Under the pieces are notes generated by a model, which saw only the letters and a program-made list of their open reading frames with translations, made no database searches and was not told where the DNA came from. DNA of 18,681 bases from Candidatus Methylomirabilales bacterium. Its GTDB lineage: Bacteria; Methylomirabilota; Methylomirabilia; Methylomirabilales; CSP1-5. This document shows positions 7,437 to 17,873 of the stretch, piece by piece. Numbering within the stretch: the first letter of the stretch is position 1; every line of letters begins with the position of its first letter. The stretch is from the NCBI GenBank assembly GCA_046758505.1, contig JBHIAH010000049.1:1-18681 (forward strand), written 5' to 3'. The position numbers were made by a program, and so were the translations under genes.

Positions 7437-8201
7437 ATGCACGCCCAACACACGGTCATAGTGATCGATGATGACCCCCGCGTCCGAGAGCGATATCGCC
7501 GTCTCTTGGAGATGGATCGATGTCGCGTCGTAGAGGCCGGCAACGGGGCTGAGGCCTTGGTCTGGTTTCTCGGGGAGACGGCGGACGTGATCATTCTTGA
7601 TCTCGGGATGCCGGTCGTGGACGGTCGGAGTTTTCTCGAGTACCGGGCGCGGCTGGCAAGGGTTCGCGCCATCCCGGTTTTGGTGTTGACCGGCTTGTTC
7701 GACGACGGGGGGCTTCGCGAAACCCTCCTGCGCCTCGGCGCCGATCGGGTGTTGCAAAAGCCCGTCCGGCGGCAAGCCCTCCACCATGCTGTCCGGGAAC
7801 TCCTCGCACGTTCCCGCCCCTCTCCCCCTCTCCCCCCTCAGGGTGCCCCAAAAGCCGGTGGGCGTCAGGACGCCCGGGTGGCCTTCAGCGTCCCCATCCG
7901 CGTCTGCACCCCCGCTGCCGCTGATACATCAGGGAGGCTCACCGACCTCAGCGCCGGAGGGCTCGGCGCGTACCTCCCGCACCGGCTCTATCACGGGGAC
8001 CGGATCACCGTCAGTCTCGACATCAGGGGACACTCCCTGGCCTTGCTGGGGATCGTACAGTGGGCCGACGAAGGCCGGACGGCCAGGGGGTACCGCCACG
8101 GGATCCGATTCGCCGAGCGGCAGGAGGAGACCTTCCCCTTGTGTGCCTATTCATTCTTGCGCGAACACCGGGGAACCCGTTCGCCCCTCGCACGATCCTA
8201 A
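7437..8201 (+). CDS. Response regulator: receiver domain plus C-terminal PilZ domain
   Basis: Receiver motifs IVIDDD, LDLGMP (phospho-Asp), LVLTG, QKP; Pro-rich linker; PilZ c-di-GMP motifs RQDAR (RxxxR) and DLSAGG (DxSxxG), ending HGIRF. Confidence 0.88.
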   Translation: MHAQHTVIVIDDDPRVRERYRRLLEMDRCRVVEAGNGAEALVWFLGETADVIILDLGMPVVDGRSFLEYRARLARVRAIPVLVLTGLFDDGGLRETLLRLGADRVLQKPVRRQALHHAVRELLARSRPSPPLPPQGAPKAGGRQDARVAFSVPIRVCTPAAADTSGRLTDLSAGGLGAYLPHRLYHGDRITVSLDIRGHSLALLGIVQWADEGRTARGYRHGIRFAERQEETFPLCAYSFLREHRGTRSPLARS

Positions 8202-8351
8202 CGGCCGCAGCGGAAATCTCTCTCCCTCATCCCCCACCTTCGAATCAGATGCATGTCTCGCGCAGATCTGCGGGCGTCTGTCTTGGAGGGGCGTTCAGGG
8301 CGGCGGGATCGGTGCAGCGGTGCGGGCTCCTCTGCGCGGCCGCCTTCGCCG

Positions 8352-9206
8352 TTACTTGATCGCGCCGACCGTGAAGCCGGCGATGAACCGGTCGACGAAG
8401 AAATTGTACAGGATGGCGATGGGGACGCTGGCGATGAAGCAGGCGGCCATCAACGAGCCCCAGAAGTAGACGTCCCCGCGGACGAGGAACGTCGGGACCC
8501 CCACGCTGACGGTGAACCGCGATGCCGCGGTGATAAAGGTGAGGGCATAGACGAACTCCTGCATGACCAGGGTAAAGCTGAAGATCACCACGGTGAGAAT
8601 CCCGGCCACCGACATGGGGATGACCACCTTCACGAAGGCCCCGAAGCGGCTCAAACCGTCGATCATGGCCGCTTCCTCGAGGTCGCGGGGGATGGCTTTG
8701 AAGAAGCCCATCAGCAGCCAGGTACAGAAGGGGACGGTGAAGCTCGGATAGACCAGCACCAGGGACCAGAGGGAGTCCTGCAGGCCCAGGCTCCCGATCA
8801 CCCGGGAGAGGGGGATGAACAGGAGGGTGGGGGGAATGAGGTACGTCAGAAAGATCCCGATCCCGAGTTGCTCCCCCGCCCGGCCCGTCAGCCGCGCAAG
8901 GGCGTATCCGGCCGGGATCGCCAGGATCAGCGTGATGGCCACCACGATCACGCCGACCCAGGCGGTGTTCCAGAGCCACTTGCCATACAGGGTCTCTGTG
9001 AAGAGCAGCTTCAGATGCTCGAGCGTCGGCGGATCGTTGAAGAGGAACGGGTTGTTCTGCGTGTTCAGGAGATCGCGCGTCTCCTTGAAGGTCGTGATCA
9101 GCATCCAGTAAAACGGAAAGGCGGCAAAGGTGGTAAACGCCGCCACCACACCGAAGTGTCCCCCCTTGGCCCCCCATCCCTTGAGTTTCCGGAGACCTGA
9201 CGGCAT
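8352..9206 (-). CDS. Carbohydrate ABC transporter permease (MalG-like)
   Basis: Hydrophobic helices and EAA loop IPRDLEEAAMIDG. Start set at ATG 9206, just after the upstream permease stop, instead of the track start 9311. Confidence 0.92.
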   Translation of the reverse strand: MPSGLRKLKGWGAKGGHFGVVAAFTTFAAFPFYWMLITTFKETRDLLNTQNNPFLFNDPPTLEHLKLLFTETLYGKWLWNTAWVGVIVVAITLILAIPAGYALARLTGRAGEQLGIGIFLTYLIPPTLLFIPLSRVIGSLGLQDSLWSLVLVYPSFTVPFCTWLLMGFFKAIPRDLEEAAMIDGLSRFGAFVKVVIPMSVAGILTVVIFSFTLVMQEFVYALTFITAASRFTVSVGVPTFLVRGDVYFWGSLMAACFIASVPIAILYNFFVDRFIAGFTVGAIK

Positions 9207-9207
9207 C

Positions 9208-10149
9208 TCAGGCCACCTCCGCACGCCGGACAACGCGGAGAAGGAGGATCGCGCTGGCCGCCAGGACCGGGAACAGGAAGAGGGCGATCGCTGCCCCCTC
9301 GGCGAGGTCACCGCCGTCGATGCCGGTAAAGAAGGCCAGGCTGGCGAGGACCTGGGTCGTATCGTACGGCCCCCCCCGGGTCAACACGTAGATCACGATC
9401 ATGTCGGTAAAGGTGAAAACGATGCCGAACAGGAAGGCCACGAGCATGATCGGGAGCACGAGGGGGATGGTGATCTCGAAGAGGTGGCGCCAAAATCCCG
9501 CCCCGTCCACGGCCGCGGCATCATGGATATCCTGGGGGATGGAGCTGAGCCCGGCCAAGAGGATGACGGTCGCCAGGGGGAGCAGCCGCCACGCGTGGAC
9601 GGTAATGATAGAGGCCATGGCGAGATTGGGCTGCCCGAGCCAGATGGGCCATGTGTGGGGACCGAAGATGCCGACGGCCCGGAGAGTCCAGTTGATGACG
9701 CTATAGATCGAATCGAGGATCCAGAGCCAGCCGATGCTGCCGAGCGAGATGGGGGCGACCCAAGGCAGCAGGATCAGCAGCCGTATGAGCCACTTGCCGC
9801 GAAAGTCCTTCAGAAGGGCCAGGGCGAGGATCTTTGCCAGCACTAGCACCAGCACTTGGGAGACGATGGCGAAGATGAAGGTATTCTTGAGGGCCCGTTG
9901 GAAGGTGTGATCCTGGATGATGTTCTTGAAGTTCTGAAGCCCGACGAACGCCATGCCCTCGCTGCCGACGGTGATGTTGCTCACGCTGTAAAAGAGCGCC
10001 AGAAAGAATGGAAACCCCACTACGGCAGCGATGTACACGATGGCGGGGGCGATCATGCATCCCCCGAGCCACCTCTCACTGTCCAGGAGGTGGCCCAGCC
10101 GACTCCCGCGCGCTTCCTGGACAACCGCCGCTCTTGCCGGGGCTTCCAT
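9208..10149 (-). CDS. Carbohydrate ABC transporter permease (MalF-like)
   Basis: FVGLQNF, LLPW, EAA loop IHDAAAVDGA, LTRGGP; GGAGG SD. Confidence 0.93.
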   Translation of the reverse strand: MEAPARAAVVQEARGSRLGHLLDSERWLGGCMIAPAIVYIAAVVGFPFFLALFYSVSNITVGSEGMAFVGLQNFKNIIQDHTFQRALKNTFIFAIVSQVLVLVLAKILALALLKDFRGKWLIRLLILLPWVAPISLGSIGWLWILDSIYSVINWTLRAVGIFGPHTWPIWLGQPNLAMASIITVHAWRLLPLATVILLAGLSSIPQDIHDAAAVDGAGFWRHLFEITIPLVLPIMLVAFLFGIVFTFTDMIVIYVLTRGGPYDTTQVLASLAFFTGIDGGDLAEGAAIALFLFPVLAASAILLLRVVRRAEVA

Positions 10150-10158
10150 CCTCCCTCC

Positions 10159-11190
<1,032 letters not shown>

Positions 11191-11241
11191 TGGGAATCCG
11201 TCCGCTCCCGCGAGCCTTGATCCGCCCCAGGCTAACAGAGA

Positions 11242-11268
11242 GGGAGGCTCTGCGGATCAGAGCCCCCC
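11242..11268 (-). terminator. Intercistronic stem-loop between the binding-protein and ATPase genes
   Basis: On the minus strand GGGGGGCTCTG-ATCCG-CAGAGCCTCCC forms an 11-bp stem (one G-U) followed by TCTCTGTT. Likely a leaky terminator or mRNA stabiliser. Confidence 0.55.
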
Positions 11269-11300
11269 CCGTGACAGCGGCACATCCTTGCCTGCTGAGA

Positions 11301-12653
11301 TTAAATCTTCCCTTTCTCCTTCCATTTCTTCCAGATCCGCTTGGCCTTTTTGTCGGCGCGCTTGAGGGCATCCTCGGGTTTCTCCGCCCCGGTGGCCGCC
11401 TCGGCAAACATCGTATTCACGACCCAGGTGCTGAAGACCTCGTCGATGGCCGCGTTGGCGTAACCGGGGTAGCCGACGTTGGTCGCCCAGTCGAGGACGT
11501 CCTCGAGCACCTTGTACTTGGTAGGCGGCTTCGCCTTGGAGTCGTGGGCGATCAGGCTCTTGAGGTCGGGGACGGTCTTGGGGAAACAGGGGAAGTTGTA
11601 AAACTCGCTCGCCTTGAAGCCCTTGCGGAAGTTGCCGATGTAATCGATGAGGAACTGCTTGGCCCCTTCGATGTTCTTGGCGAACTTCCAGATGACGTAG
11701 ACGTCCATGACGTGCTCCAGCCCGATGCGCCGCGCCGGACCCTTCGGCGCTTTGGTCAGCCAGATGTTATCGGTGACCGCGATCTTCTTATTTTCCCCGG
11801 TCCGGGTGATGGAGATGGCGTTCAGCGCCAAGGAGCCCTTGCCCGCCAGCATGAAGCGGTTGTTCGAGGAAGCATCCCAGGCGAGGACCTCCGGCGTCAT
11901 GGCCTCGTGGAAGAGGGCCTTGACGAACTTGATCGCCTCCAGCGTCTGCCTGGAGTTGAGGACGAGGTTGCTATTTTCATCCTGGACGGAGGCGCCGAAG
12001 GCGTACATGATGGCCCGCATGGCCATGCCGGTGTCAATCTCCGCGCTGAGCCCGATCCCGACGGGAATGCCGTGTTTTTTCTTGATCTTGGCCCCGCCCT
12101 TTCGGACGTCGTCCCAGGTATTGGGGAACATCCCGACGCTGTCCCACAGGTCCTTGCGGTAGTTGACGGGGTCGGGGACGTAGCTGTCGGAGAACCCGTA
12201 AAACTTCTTGGTCTTGGGATTGTACGTGCTGCGGATGGCGAGGGGAATGGCCTTGCCGTACTTGCGCTCGCACTCCTGGTAAATCTCTTTGTGGTCGATC
12301 ACCTGATCCTCGAACACCGGGGAGGGCCAAAGGAACATGAACAGGTCATGCCCTTTCTTGGCCGAGACCTCGGCGGCCGCCCGGGAGTTGAGCCCCGCGA
12401 GACCGATGTTGTCCACGATCACTTCGGTGTCGTTTTTCCGCCCCCACTCCTTGATGTACGTCCCGTTGAACCACTTGTCATAGCCCGGGACAAAGTGGTT
12501 CCACTGGAGGATCTTGAGCGTCTTCCTGGCGGCGGGGGAGCGGCTGGGAATGATGATATTGGCGCCGATGCCCGCCGCCGCGACGCCGGTAGCCTTGATG
12601 AATTTCCGCCTGGATAGACCCTGGCGCTCCGGATGTTCCTTTTCGTTGCTCAT
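11301..12653 (-). CDS. Carbohydrate ABC transporter substrate-binding protein with Tat signal
   Basis: Twin-arginine SRRKFIK plus hydrophobic stretch; VNYRKDL, TWDD, WDASSNN motifs of SBP family 1; AGGAGG SD; first gene of the ABC operon. Confidence 0.92.
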   Translation of the reverse strand: MSNEKEHPERQGLSRRKFIKATGVAAAGIGANIIIPSRSPAARKTLKILQWNHFVPGYDKWFNGTYIKEWGRKNDTEVIVDNIGLAGLNSRAAAEVSAKKGHDLFMFLWPSPVFEDQVIDHKEIYQECERKYGKAIPLAIRSTYNPKTKKFYGFSDSYVPDPVNYRKDLWDSVGMFPNTWDDVRKGGAKIKKKHGIPVGIGLSAEIDTGMAMRAIMYAFGASVQDENSNLVLNSRQTLEAIKFVKALFHEAMTPEVLAWDASSNNRFMLAGKGSLALNAISITRTGENKKIAVTDNIWLTKAPKGPARRIGLEHVMDVYVIWKFAKNIEGAKQFLIDYIGNFRKGFKASEFYNFPCFPKTVPDLKSLIAHDSKAKPPTKYKVLEDVLDWATNVGYPGYANAAIDEVFSTWVVNTMFAEAATGAEKPEDALKRADKKAKRIWKKWKEKGKI

Positions 12654-12781
12654 GATACCCCTCCTTTGTTATGGACACCCCTTAGCCGCGACGCCGCCGG
12701 ACCTTTACGGTTCCGGCCTGGACCTCTTGCTCGTGGATGATCGCATTGGAGGGACTCCTGCTGGAGCGGAAGACGATCGGA

Positions 12782-12810
12782 ATTACATCACGAGCGTGGA
12801 GGCCTGTCAA
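12782..12810 (-). promoter_or_regulatory. Sigma70-like promoter for the sugar ABC operon
   Basis: Minus strand TTGACA (12810-12805), 17 nt, TGTAAT (12787-12782), about 130 bp upstream of the SBP start. Confidence 0.55.
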
Positions 12811-13008
12811 GCGGCAATCTGCAAATTTTCAAACCGGGTTTTAGCGAGTGGGCATTTACCCGCGGGGGTCCTTCCCGTGGGGGTCGGGGGGATTGGAGCG
12901 GGGGACGCGCAGCGCCGCGGAGCGGGCCGCTTGTGGAATATTCTTGCCTTTTCAACCAGTTCTAGGGCAGGGGCAGCGAGGGGGTGGGGAGGAATTGGCG
13001 GGCGTGGA

Positions 13009-13038
13009 TTGACAGGGGAAGGCGCGGTACAGTATGGT
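13009..13038 (+). promoter_or_regulatory. Sigma70-like promoter for oppD/oppF
   Basis: TTGACA (13009-13014), 18 nt, TATGGT (13033-13038), followed by GGGAGG SD and ATG 13063. Confidence 0.6.
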
Positions 13039-13062
13039 GACAGTCTGAGTGCGGGGAGGGCG

Positions 13063-14040
13063 ATGGGCGCGCTGCTCCAAGTGAAAGAGCTGCAGACACA
13101 CTTTTTCACCCACGAAGGGGTCGTCAGGGCCGTGGACGGGGTGTCGTACGACGTCCGCGAGGGAGAGACGGTCGCGGTCGTGGGGGAGAGCGGCTGTGGC
13201 AAATCGGTGAGTGCGCTCAGCATCATGCGGTTGATCCCATTTCCTCCCGGTCGCATCGTGGGGGGGGAGATCTGGTTTCATGGGAAAAACCTGCTGGCGC
13301 TCAACGATGAGGAGATCCGGCGGGTGCGCGGGAAGGAAATCGCCATGGTCTTTCAGGAACCGATGACCTCGCTCAACCCGGCGCTCACCATTGGTCTCCA
13401 GTTGACCGAGACCCTGGAGACGCACCTGGATATGTCCCCCTCCGATGCGCAGGGGCGGGCGGCTGAACTCCTCCGACTGGTGGGCATCCCCGAGCCCGAG
13501 CGCCGCCTGGCCCAGTACCCCCACCAGTTCAGCGGCGGCATGCGCCAGCGGGTCATGATCGCCATGGCCCTGAGCTGCAACCCCAACCTGATTTTGGCGG
13601 ACGAGCCGACCACCGCCCTCGACGTGACGATCCAGGCGCAGATCCTGGAGCTCATGAAGGAGCTGAGCCAGCGTTTTGGCGTGGCGATGATCATCATCAC
13701 GCATAACCTGGGGGTGGTGGCCCGCTATGCCGATCGCGTGAACGTGATGTACGCCGGCAAGGTGATCGAGCAGGGTTCCGCGCGTGAGATCTACTATCGG
13801 CCCCGCCATCCCTATACCTTGGGTCTGCTGCGGTCGGTTCCTCGACTGGACCAGCCGCGAAAAGCCAAACTGGACCCCATAGACGGGCAGCCCCCCGATC
13901 TGGCCAACCTGCCCCCGGGATGCAGCTTCAGGCCGCGCTGCAAGTTTGCCGTGGACCAGTGCGCCCACGAGGTTCCGCCGCTGACAGAGGTGTGTACGGA
14001 GCACCTGTCTGCCTGCTGGGTGGCAAGTACCCTGCAATAG
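13063..14040 (+). CDS. oppD: Oligo/dipeptide ABC transporter ATP-binding protein (OppD/DppD-like)
   Basis: [43 protein letters not shown] and a Cys-rich C-terminal oligopeptide domain. True start is ATG 13063, not 12514. Confidence 0.93.
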   Translation: MGALLQVKELQTHFFTHEGVVRAVDGVSYDVREGETVAVVGESGCGKSVSALSIMRLIPFPPGRIVGGEIWFHGKNLLALNDEEIRRVRGKEIAMVFQEPMTSLNPALTIGLQLTETLETHLDMSPSDAQGRAAELLRLVGIPEPERRLAQYPHQFSGGMRQRVMIAMALSCNPNLILADEPTTALDVTIQAQILELMKELSQRFGVAMIIITHNLGVVARYADRVNVMYAGKVIEQGSAREIYYRPRHPYTLGLLRSVPRLDQPRKAKLDPIDGQPPDLANLPPGCSFRPRCKFAVDQCAHEVPPLTEVCTEHLSACWVASTLQ

Positions 14041-14056
14041 GAGTCAGGAGCGACGG

Positions 14057-15106
14057 ATGGGGACGACCGGCCTCCAGGCTGGCCCGGGGATGCAGGGAAA
14101 ACCAAAGAGCGACTCCGATATCCTCCTCGAGGTCCGGCACCTCTGCAAGTACTTCACCCTGACCTCCGGGATACTCCTCCAGCGCGTCGTGGGCCTGATC
14201 AAGGCGGTGGATGATGTCTCCTTTTTCATCCGGAAGGGGGAGACGCTGGGGTTGGTGGGGGAGTCAGGGTCCGGCAAGACCACCACAGGCCGGTGCATCT
14301 TGCAATTGGATCGGCCCACGTCGGGGGAAGTCTTCTTCGAGGGGCAAGATCTGGCAACCCTGGAAGAGGCAGCACTCCGGCCCATGCGCCAGCGGATCCA
14401 GGTGATCTTTCAAGACCCCTACAGCTCGCTGAATCCCCGAATGACGATCGGACAGATCATCGGTGAGCCGCTCTTGGTGCACCACCCGATTGCTCCGGGC
14501 AAGGGGGAGTATCGAGACCGGGTGAGCGAACTGCTCTCGGTGGTGGGGCTCAACCCCGCCATGACTGATCGGTTCCCCCACGAGCTGTCGGGGGGCCAGC
14601 GGCAGCGGGTGGGGATCGCGCGGGCCCTGTCGGTGGAGCCGAGCTTTATGGTGTGTGATGAGCCGGTCTCGGCCCTCGATGTCTCTATCCAGGCCCAGAT
14701 TATCAACCTGCTGGAGGACCTTCAAGCCCGGTTCGGCCTCACCTATCTGTTCATCGCCCACGATCTCTCCGTCGTCCGACACATCGGCGATCGGGTCGCG
14801 GTCATGTACCTGGGGAGGATCGTCGAGGTGGCCAACCGGCTGGAGCTCTACGAAAACCCGCTCCACCCGTATACAAAGGCTCTCCTCTCTGCCGTGCCCA
14901 TTCCGGACCCTGCGGTGGAGGCGACACGGGAGCGCGTCATTCTCAAGGGGGAAGTCTCGAGTCCGTTGAACCCCCCCTCGGGCTGCGTCTTCCATCCCCG
15001 CTGCCCCATCGCCGTTACCGAGTGCAGCGAGGGGGTCCCGGAGCTTCGGGAGGTCTCGCCGGACCACTGGGTGGCCTGCATCGAGGCCGAGGGGTACGGG
15101 CCGTAA
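14057..15106 (+). CDS. oppF: Oligo/dipeptide ABC transporter ATP-binding protein (OppF/DppF-like)
   Basis: [50 protein letters not shown]. Confidence 0.93.
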   Translation: MGTTGLQAGPGMQGKPKSDSDILLEVRHLCKYFTLTSGILLQRVVGLIKAVDDVSFFIRKGETLGLVGESGSGKTTTGRCILQLDRPTSGEVFFEGQDLATLEEAALRPMRQRIQVIFQDPYSSLNPRMTIGQIIGEPLLVHHPIAPGKGEYRDRVSELLSVVGLNPAMTDRFPHELSGGQRQRVGIARALSVEPSFMVCDEPVSALDVSIQAQIINLLEDLQARFGLTYLFIAHDLSVVRHIGDRVAVMYLGRIVEVANRLELYENPLHPYTKALLSAVPIPDPAVEATRERVILKGEVSSPLNPPSGCVFHPRCPIAVTECSEGVPELREVSPDHWVACIEAEGYGP

Positions 15107-15154
15107 CATTGAGTCGCTGGAGTGGGCATGTCGGAAGCGCAACGAGGAGAAGCG

Positions 15155-15997
15155 ATGAGACACACGCGATGGCTTGTGCACGTGCTCGTCCTGTTGGTTC
15201 CGGCCGCCGTCGGCGCCGCGGAGGCCGGAACCGCGCCTGCGGCGCGACAAGAGTATGTCTATATCATCCGTTCGCTCAACCAGACCATGATGGCAGAGTG
15301 CAGCGCGGATGTGAAGCCGGATCGGGCCGTTATTGTCGGGGGGATCACGGCCGAGAGCCTCAAGCCCGCAGCGGCGAAGGCGCAGATCGATAGGCAGCTC
15401 GCGGAGGTCCAGAAATACGTCTCCCAGCGCGGAGGGACGGTGGCGGTGATGGAGCGGGTTCGTGCGGTGCGAGGCACACCGCGCGATGTCCGTGACGTCA
15501 GGAGGGATCAACTTCCGTTCGTGGTCGTGCAGCGTGTCGAAATGGAATTTCCCGTCGGTGTCGATATCGACGAAACGCTCGGGCGAGTGCTGCAACTCGG
15601 CCTTGACCGGTATGGGAAAGGGATCCGGCTCAATGTTCGGGATACGAGTCCCCGGGTAGTTGTGCGGTATCGCTTCTCGAACCTCATCGCGACCCTCAAA
15701 GACATCCACCGGCAGTGTAAGGCCAGGGCCGTGCAGCGGTGGTGCGCAACGAACACGCCGGCCGGCGAGCACCGGGCCTGCACCCGGGCATTGGGCAAGA
15801 TCAGCGATCGTTTCATCACAAAAAGCCTCCGGCTCCAATCGCGGCCGGTGCTCGGAGCGCATGGCCAGACGGCACTGGTGCAGATCTCCTATCCCTGGAA
15901 CGAGACACAGATACAGGCCATCGAGCTGGTCGGTGATGTGGCCCTCCGACTGTATGGAACGATCGCCGTCGCCACCCCCGGGGCCCGAGGCTGGTAA
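15155..15997 (+). CDS. Exported protein of unknown function, weak SIMPL/DUF541-like N-terminal region
   Basis: GAGGAG SD before ATG 15155; Sec signal MRHTRWLVHVLVLLVPAAVGAAEA; ADVKPDRAVIVGGITAE followed by an amphipathic helix resembles the SIMPL 'V.PD.A' start. Confidence 0.7.
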   Translation: MRHTRWLVHVLVLLVPAAVGAAEAGTAPAARQEYVYIIRSLNQTMMAECSADVKPDRAVIVGGITAESLKPAAAKAQIDRQLAEVQKYVSQRGGTVAVMERVRAVRGTPRDVRDVRRDQLPFVVVQRVEMEFPVGVDIDETLGRVLQLGLDRYGKGIRLNVRDTSPRVVVRYRFSNLIATLKDIHRQCKARAVQRWCATNTPAGEHRACTRALGKISDRFITKSLRLQSRPVLGAHGQTALVQISYPWNETQIQAIELVGDVALRLYGTIAVATPGARGW

Positions 15998-17661
15998 TGC
16001 GGATCCTCGTCCTGACCCTGCTCCTGGCGCTGCCCGCTACGGCGTCGGCGGAACCCATCCAGTCCCGTCTGTTGCGCACGATCCAGGTGGGCACGCTCCA
16101 GCACCTCGATCTGTCCGAAATCGGCCAGTATGCCAAGGGTGATCAAGCGGATTTCCTGGGGCACATCCTGGCGCGAGCGGCGCTGGTGGTCCTGGGCGAG
16201 GATGCCGGGTTCCCCGATTGGCCGATCGAGCGGCTGCTCGATCGGGTCCTGAATCAACTTCAGCGTCGCTCGCACGCGTACCATCTGCCGCCGGCGATGC
16301 CGGCCGGCTTTGGCGGGGAGGACCTGGTTTTTACGGTGGTCTACGCCATGGTGATGAGTGGGGAGACCGAGAAGGCGATCGACGTGCTCAGGGACCATAT
16401 CAACTCCGGGAACACATACCAGCGGGGGGTGGTGTTGCAGGCATTACGGAACATCGGCGACCCCCGCGCTGACGGCCTCGTTCAGCAGGTGGCGGACACC
16501 CGGGACGACCGCAATCTGGCGGAGAACCTCTTGGCGGATCATCATTATCCGTTTCTGGGGGAGCTGAAGGAGCACCTCTATCTCATCCCGCCCCATCGGC
16601 GCACGCGCACAGAGCTCCTCGCGATCGCCAGAGAGCGCTGCAACCGGCGGGCCGCACTCGCCGTATATTTTCTCGGCTTTTTCGCGGAAAGTGACGATCA
16701 CCGGCAAAACGAGTCCGAACGGGGTCTGCTCCGGAATCTGACCCGGGCCCCCTGCTTTTACACCCGCTACTTCGCCATCCGCGCGCTGGCCCTCCGCTCG
16801 CCCGAGTCCATCGGGTTCTGGACGGACCTGTATCGCCGGGAGAAAGATGCCTGGCAGCGCGCCCAGATCGCGCGAGTCGGGTTTGCCCGCCTTGGCAAGG
16901 CGTTCGCCGCACCTGCGCTCGCGCTTCTGGCCGATGAGCCGGTCCAGTACGTGCAGTGGGAGCTCATGCACGGGAATATCGAGGTGAGGGAAGGGGCACG
17001 GTTCCGCGATTACTGGGACATCTGGCAACCACCGACACTCCAGTTTCGACTGAACTTTCCCCAGGGGAGCGGCAGGATGAACGAGCAGGACCTGGATGTG
17101 CTGCTGTCCTGGCTCGAGACTGGGGCCCGCCCCCGCAATTCCTGGGTGCGCAATCACCTCCTCTACCGGCTGGCGAGGCACGTTTCGGGAACGAACACGC
17201 GCCGGTATCTCCGCATTGTTGACACCGTCCCGGACAAGACCAGGCACTGGTGGATTCTGCAGAATCTCGCGGATGTCCGGGCGCTCCCGCTCCTCCGCTA
17301 CTGGCACACGCTGGAGTCGGAGGAACGGCAGCGAGATATCCTGTTCAAACTGATCGTGCGAATGGAAAACTCCCAACCGAACTCCAGACGGGGCAACCCA
17401 GGGACCTGCTGCCAGCCCACCAGGGGGTGTCTTGTCTCCTGGGTCGATGCGCTTCCCGGGAATGGTGGCGCGCCGAAGATTACCACCGCGGAGCAGGCCA
17501 AGGCTTGGCTTGCGAGGACGGATGCGGCGTCGCGCGAGCCCAAGATCCTCTTTACGGACGCGCTCGGACGGATCGCGCGCGTGTCTCGGCAGGGCGGTCA
17601 CCGGCCGGAGCGGTGGGAGCATCTGTACGGCTGCTGGCGCCGCATCGAGTCCCCCCACTGA
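15997..17661 (+). CDS. Exported alpha-helical (HEAT/PBS-lyase-repeat-like) protein of unknown function
   Basis: 554-aa ORF coupled to the previous gene by TAATG; signal peptide MRILVLTLLLALPATASA; HEAT-like segments QRGVVLQALRNIGDPRA, TRYFAIRAL, LQNLADVRALPLL. Confidence 0.72.
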   Translation: MRILVLTLLLALPATASAEPIQSRLLRTIQVGTLQHLDLSEIGQYAKGDQADFLGHILARAALVVLGEDAGFPDWPIERLLDRVLNQLQRRSHAYHLPPAMPAGFGGEDLVFTVVYAMVMSGETEKAIDVLRDHINSGNTYQRGVVLQALRNIGDPRADGLVQQVADTRDDRNLAENLLADHHYPFLGELKEHLYLIPPHRRTRTELLAIARERCNRRAALAVYFLGFFAESDDHRQNESERGLLRNLTRAPCFYTRYFAIRALALRSPESIGFWTDLYRREKDAWQRAQIARVGFARLGKAFAAPALALLADEPVQYVQWELMHGNIEVREGARFRDYWDIWQPPTLQFRLNFPQGSGRMNEQDLDVLLSWLETGARPRNSWVRNHLLYRLARHVSGTNTRRYLRIVDTVPDKTRHWWILQNLADVRALPLLRYWHTLESEERQRDILFKLIVRMENSQPNSRRGNPGTCCQPTRGCLVSWVDALPGNGGAPKITTAEQAKAWLARTDAASREPKILFTDALGRIARVSRQGGHRPERWEHLYGCWRRIESPH

Positions 17662-17708
17662 CCCCTTTCCCTTTTTTGCCTAACGGGTTTCATCCCGGAA
17701 ACGGACGA

Positions 17709-17741
17709 TTGCTTGACATACCTAGCGACCTATAGTATCGA
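17709..17741 (+). promoter_or_regulatory. Probable promoter region of cydA
   Basis: AT-richer patch with TTGCTT-16nt-TATAGT, or alternatively TTGACA-17nt-TATCGA. The exact register is ambiguous. Confidence 0.35.
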
Positions 17742-17873
17742 GCACATATACTCCCGTTAAAGAATGCGGCTACCAGCATCGGCACGACCCCCGGAAGGGC
17801 GAGGCGGTCAACGAGGATAATGCCATTCGGGTATCCGGGACGTTCCCAGCGCGGTGAGTAGGGTTGGACACCG

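Noticed and set aside
8197..8302. CCTAAC at the regulator stop codon as the start of an attC
   Set aside because: No matching L boxes and no GTTRRRY at a suitable distance (only GTTCAGG).
12831..12841. AAACC-G-GGTTT palindrome near the sugar ABC promoter
   Set aside because: Short, differs from the ALDH operator, and could be chance.
12514..13062. 183-aa N-terminal extension of OppD in the ORF track
   Set aside because: Overlaps the SBP gene and both divergent promoters; SD and family similarity begin at ATG 13063.
17678..17710. GCCTAAC after the HEAT-like gene as an attC or terminator
   Set aside because: No R' box; only a 5-bp GTTTC/GAAAC stem without a following U-tract.
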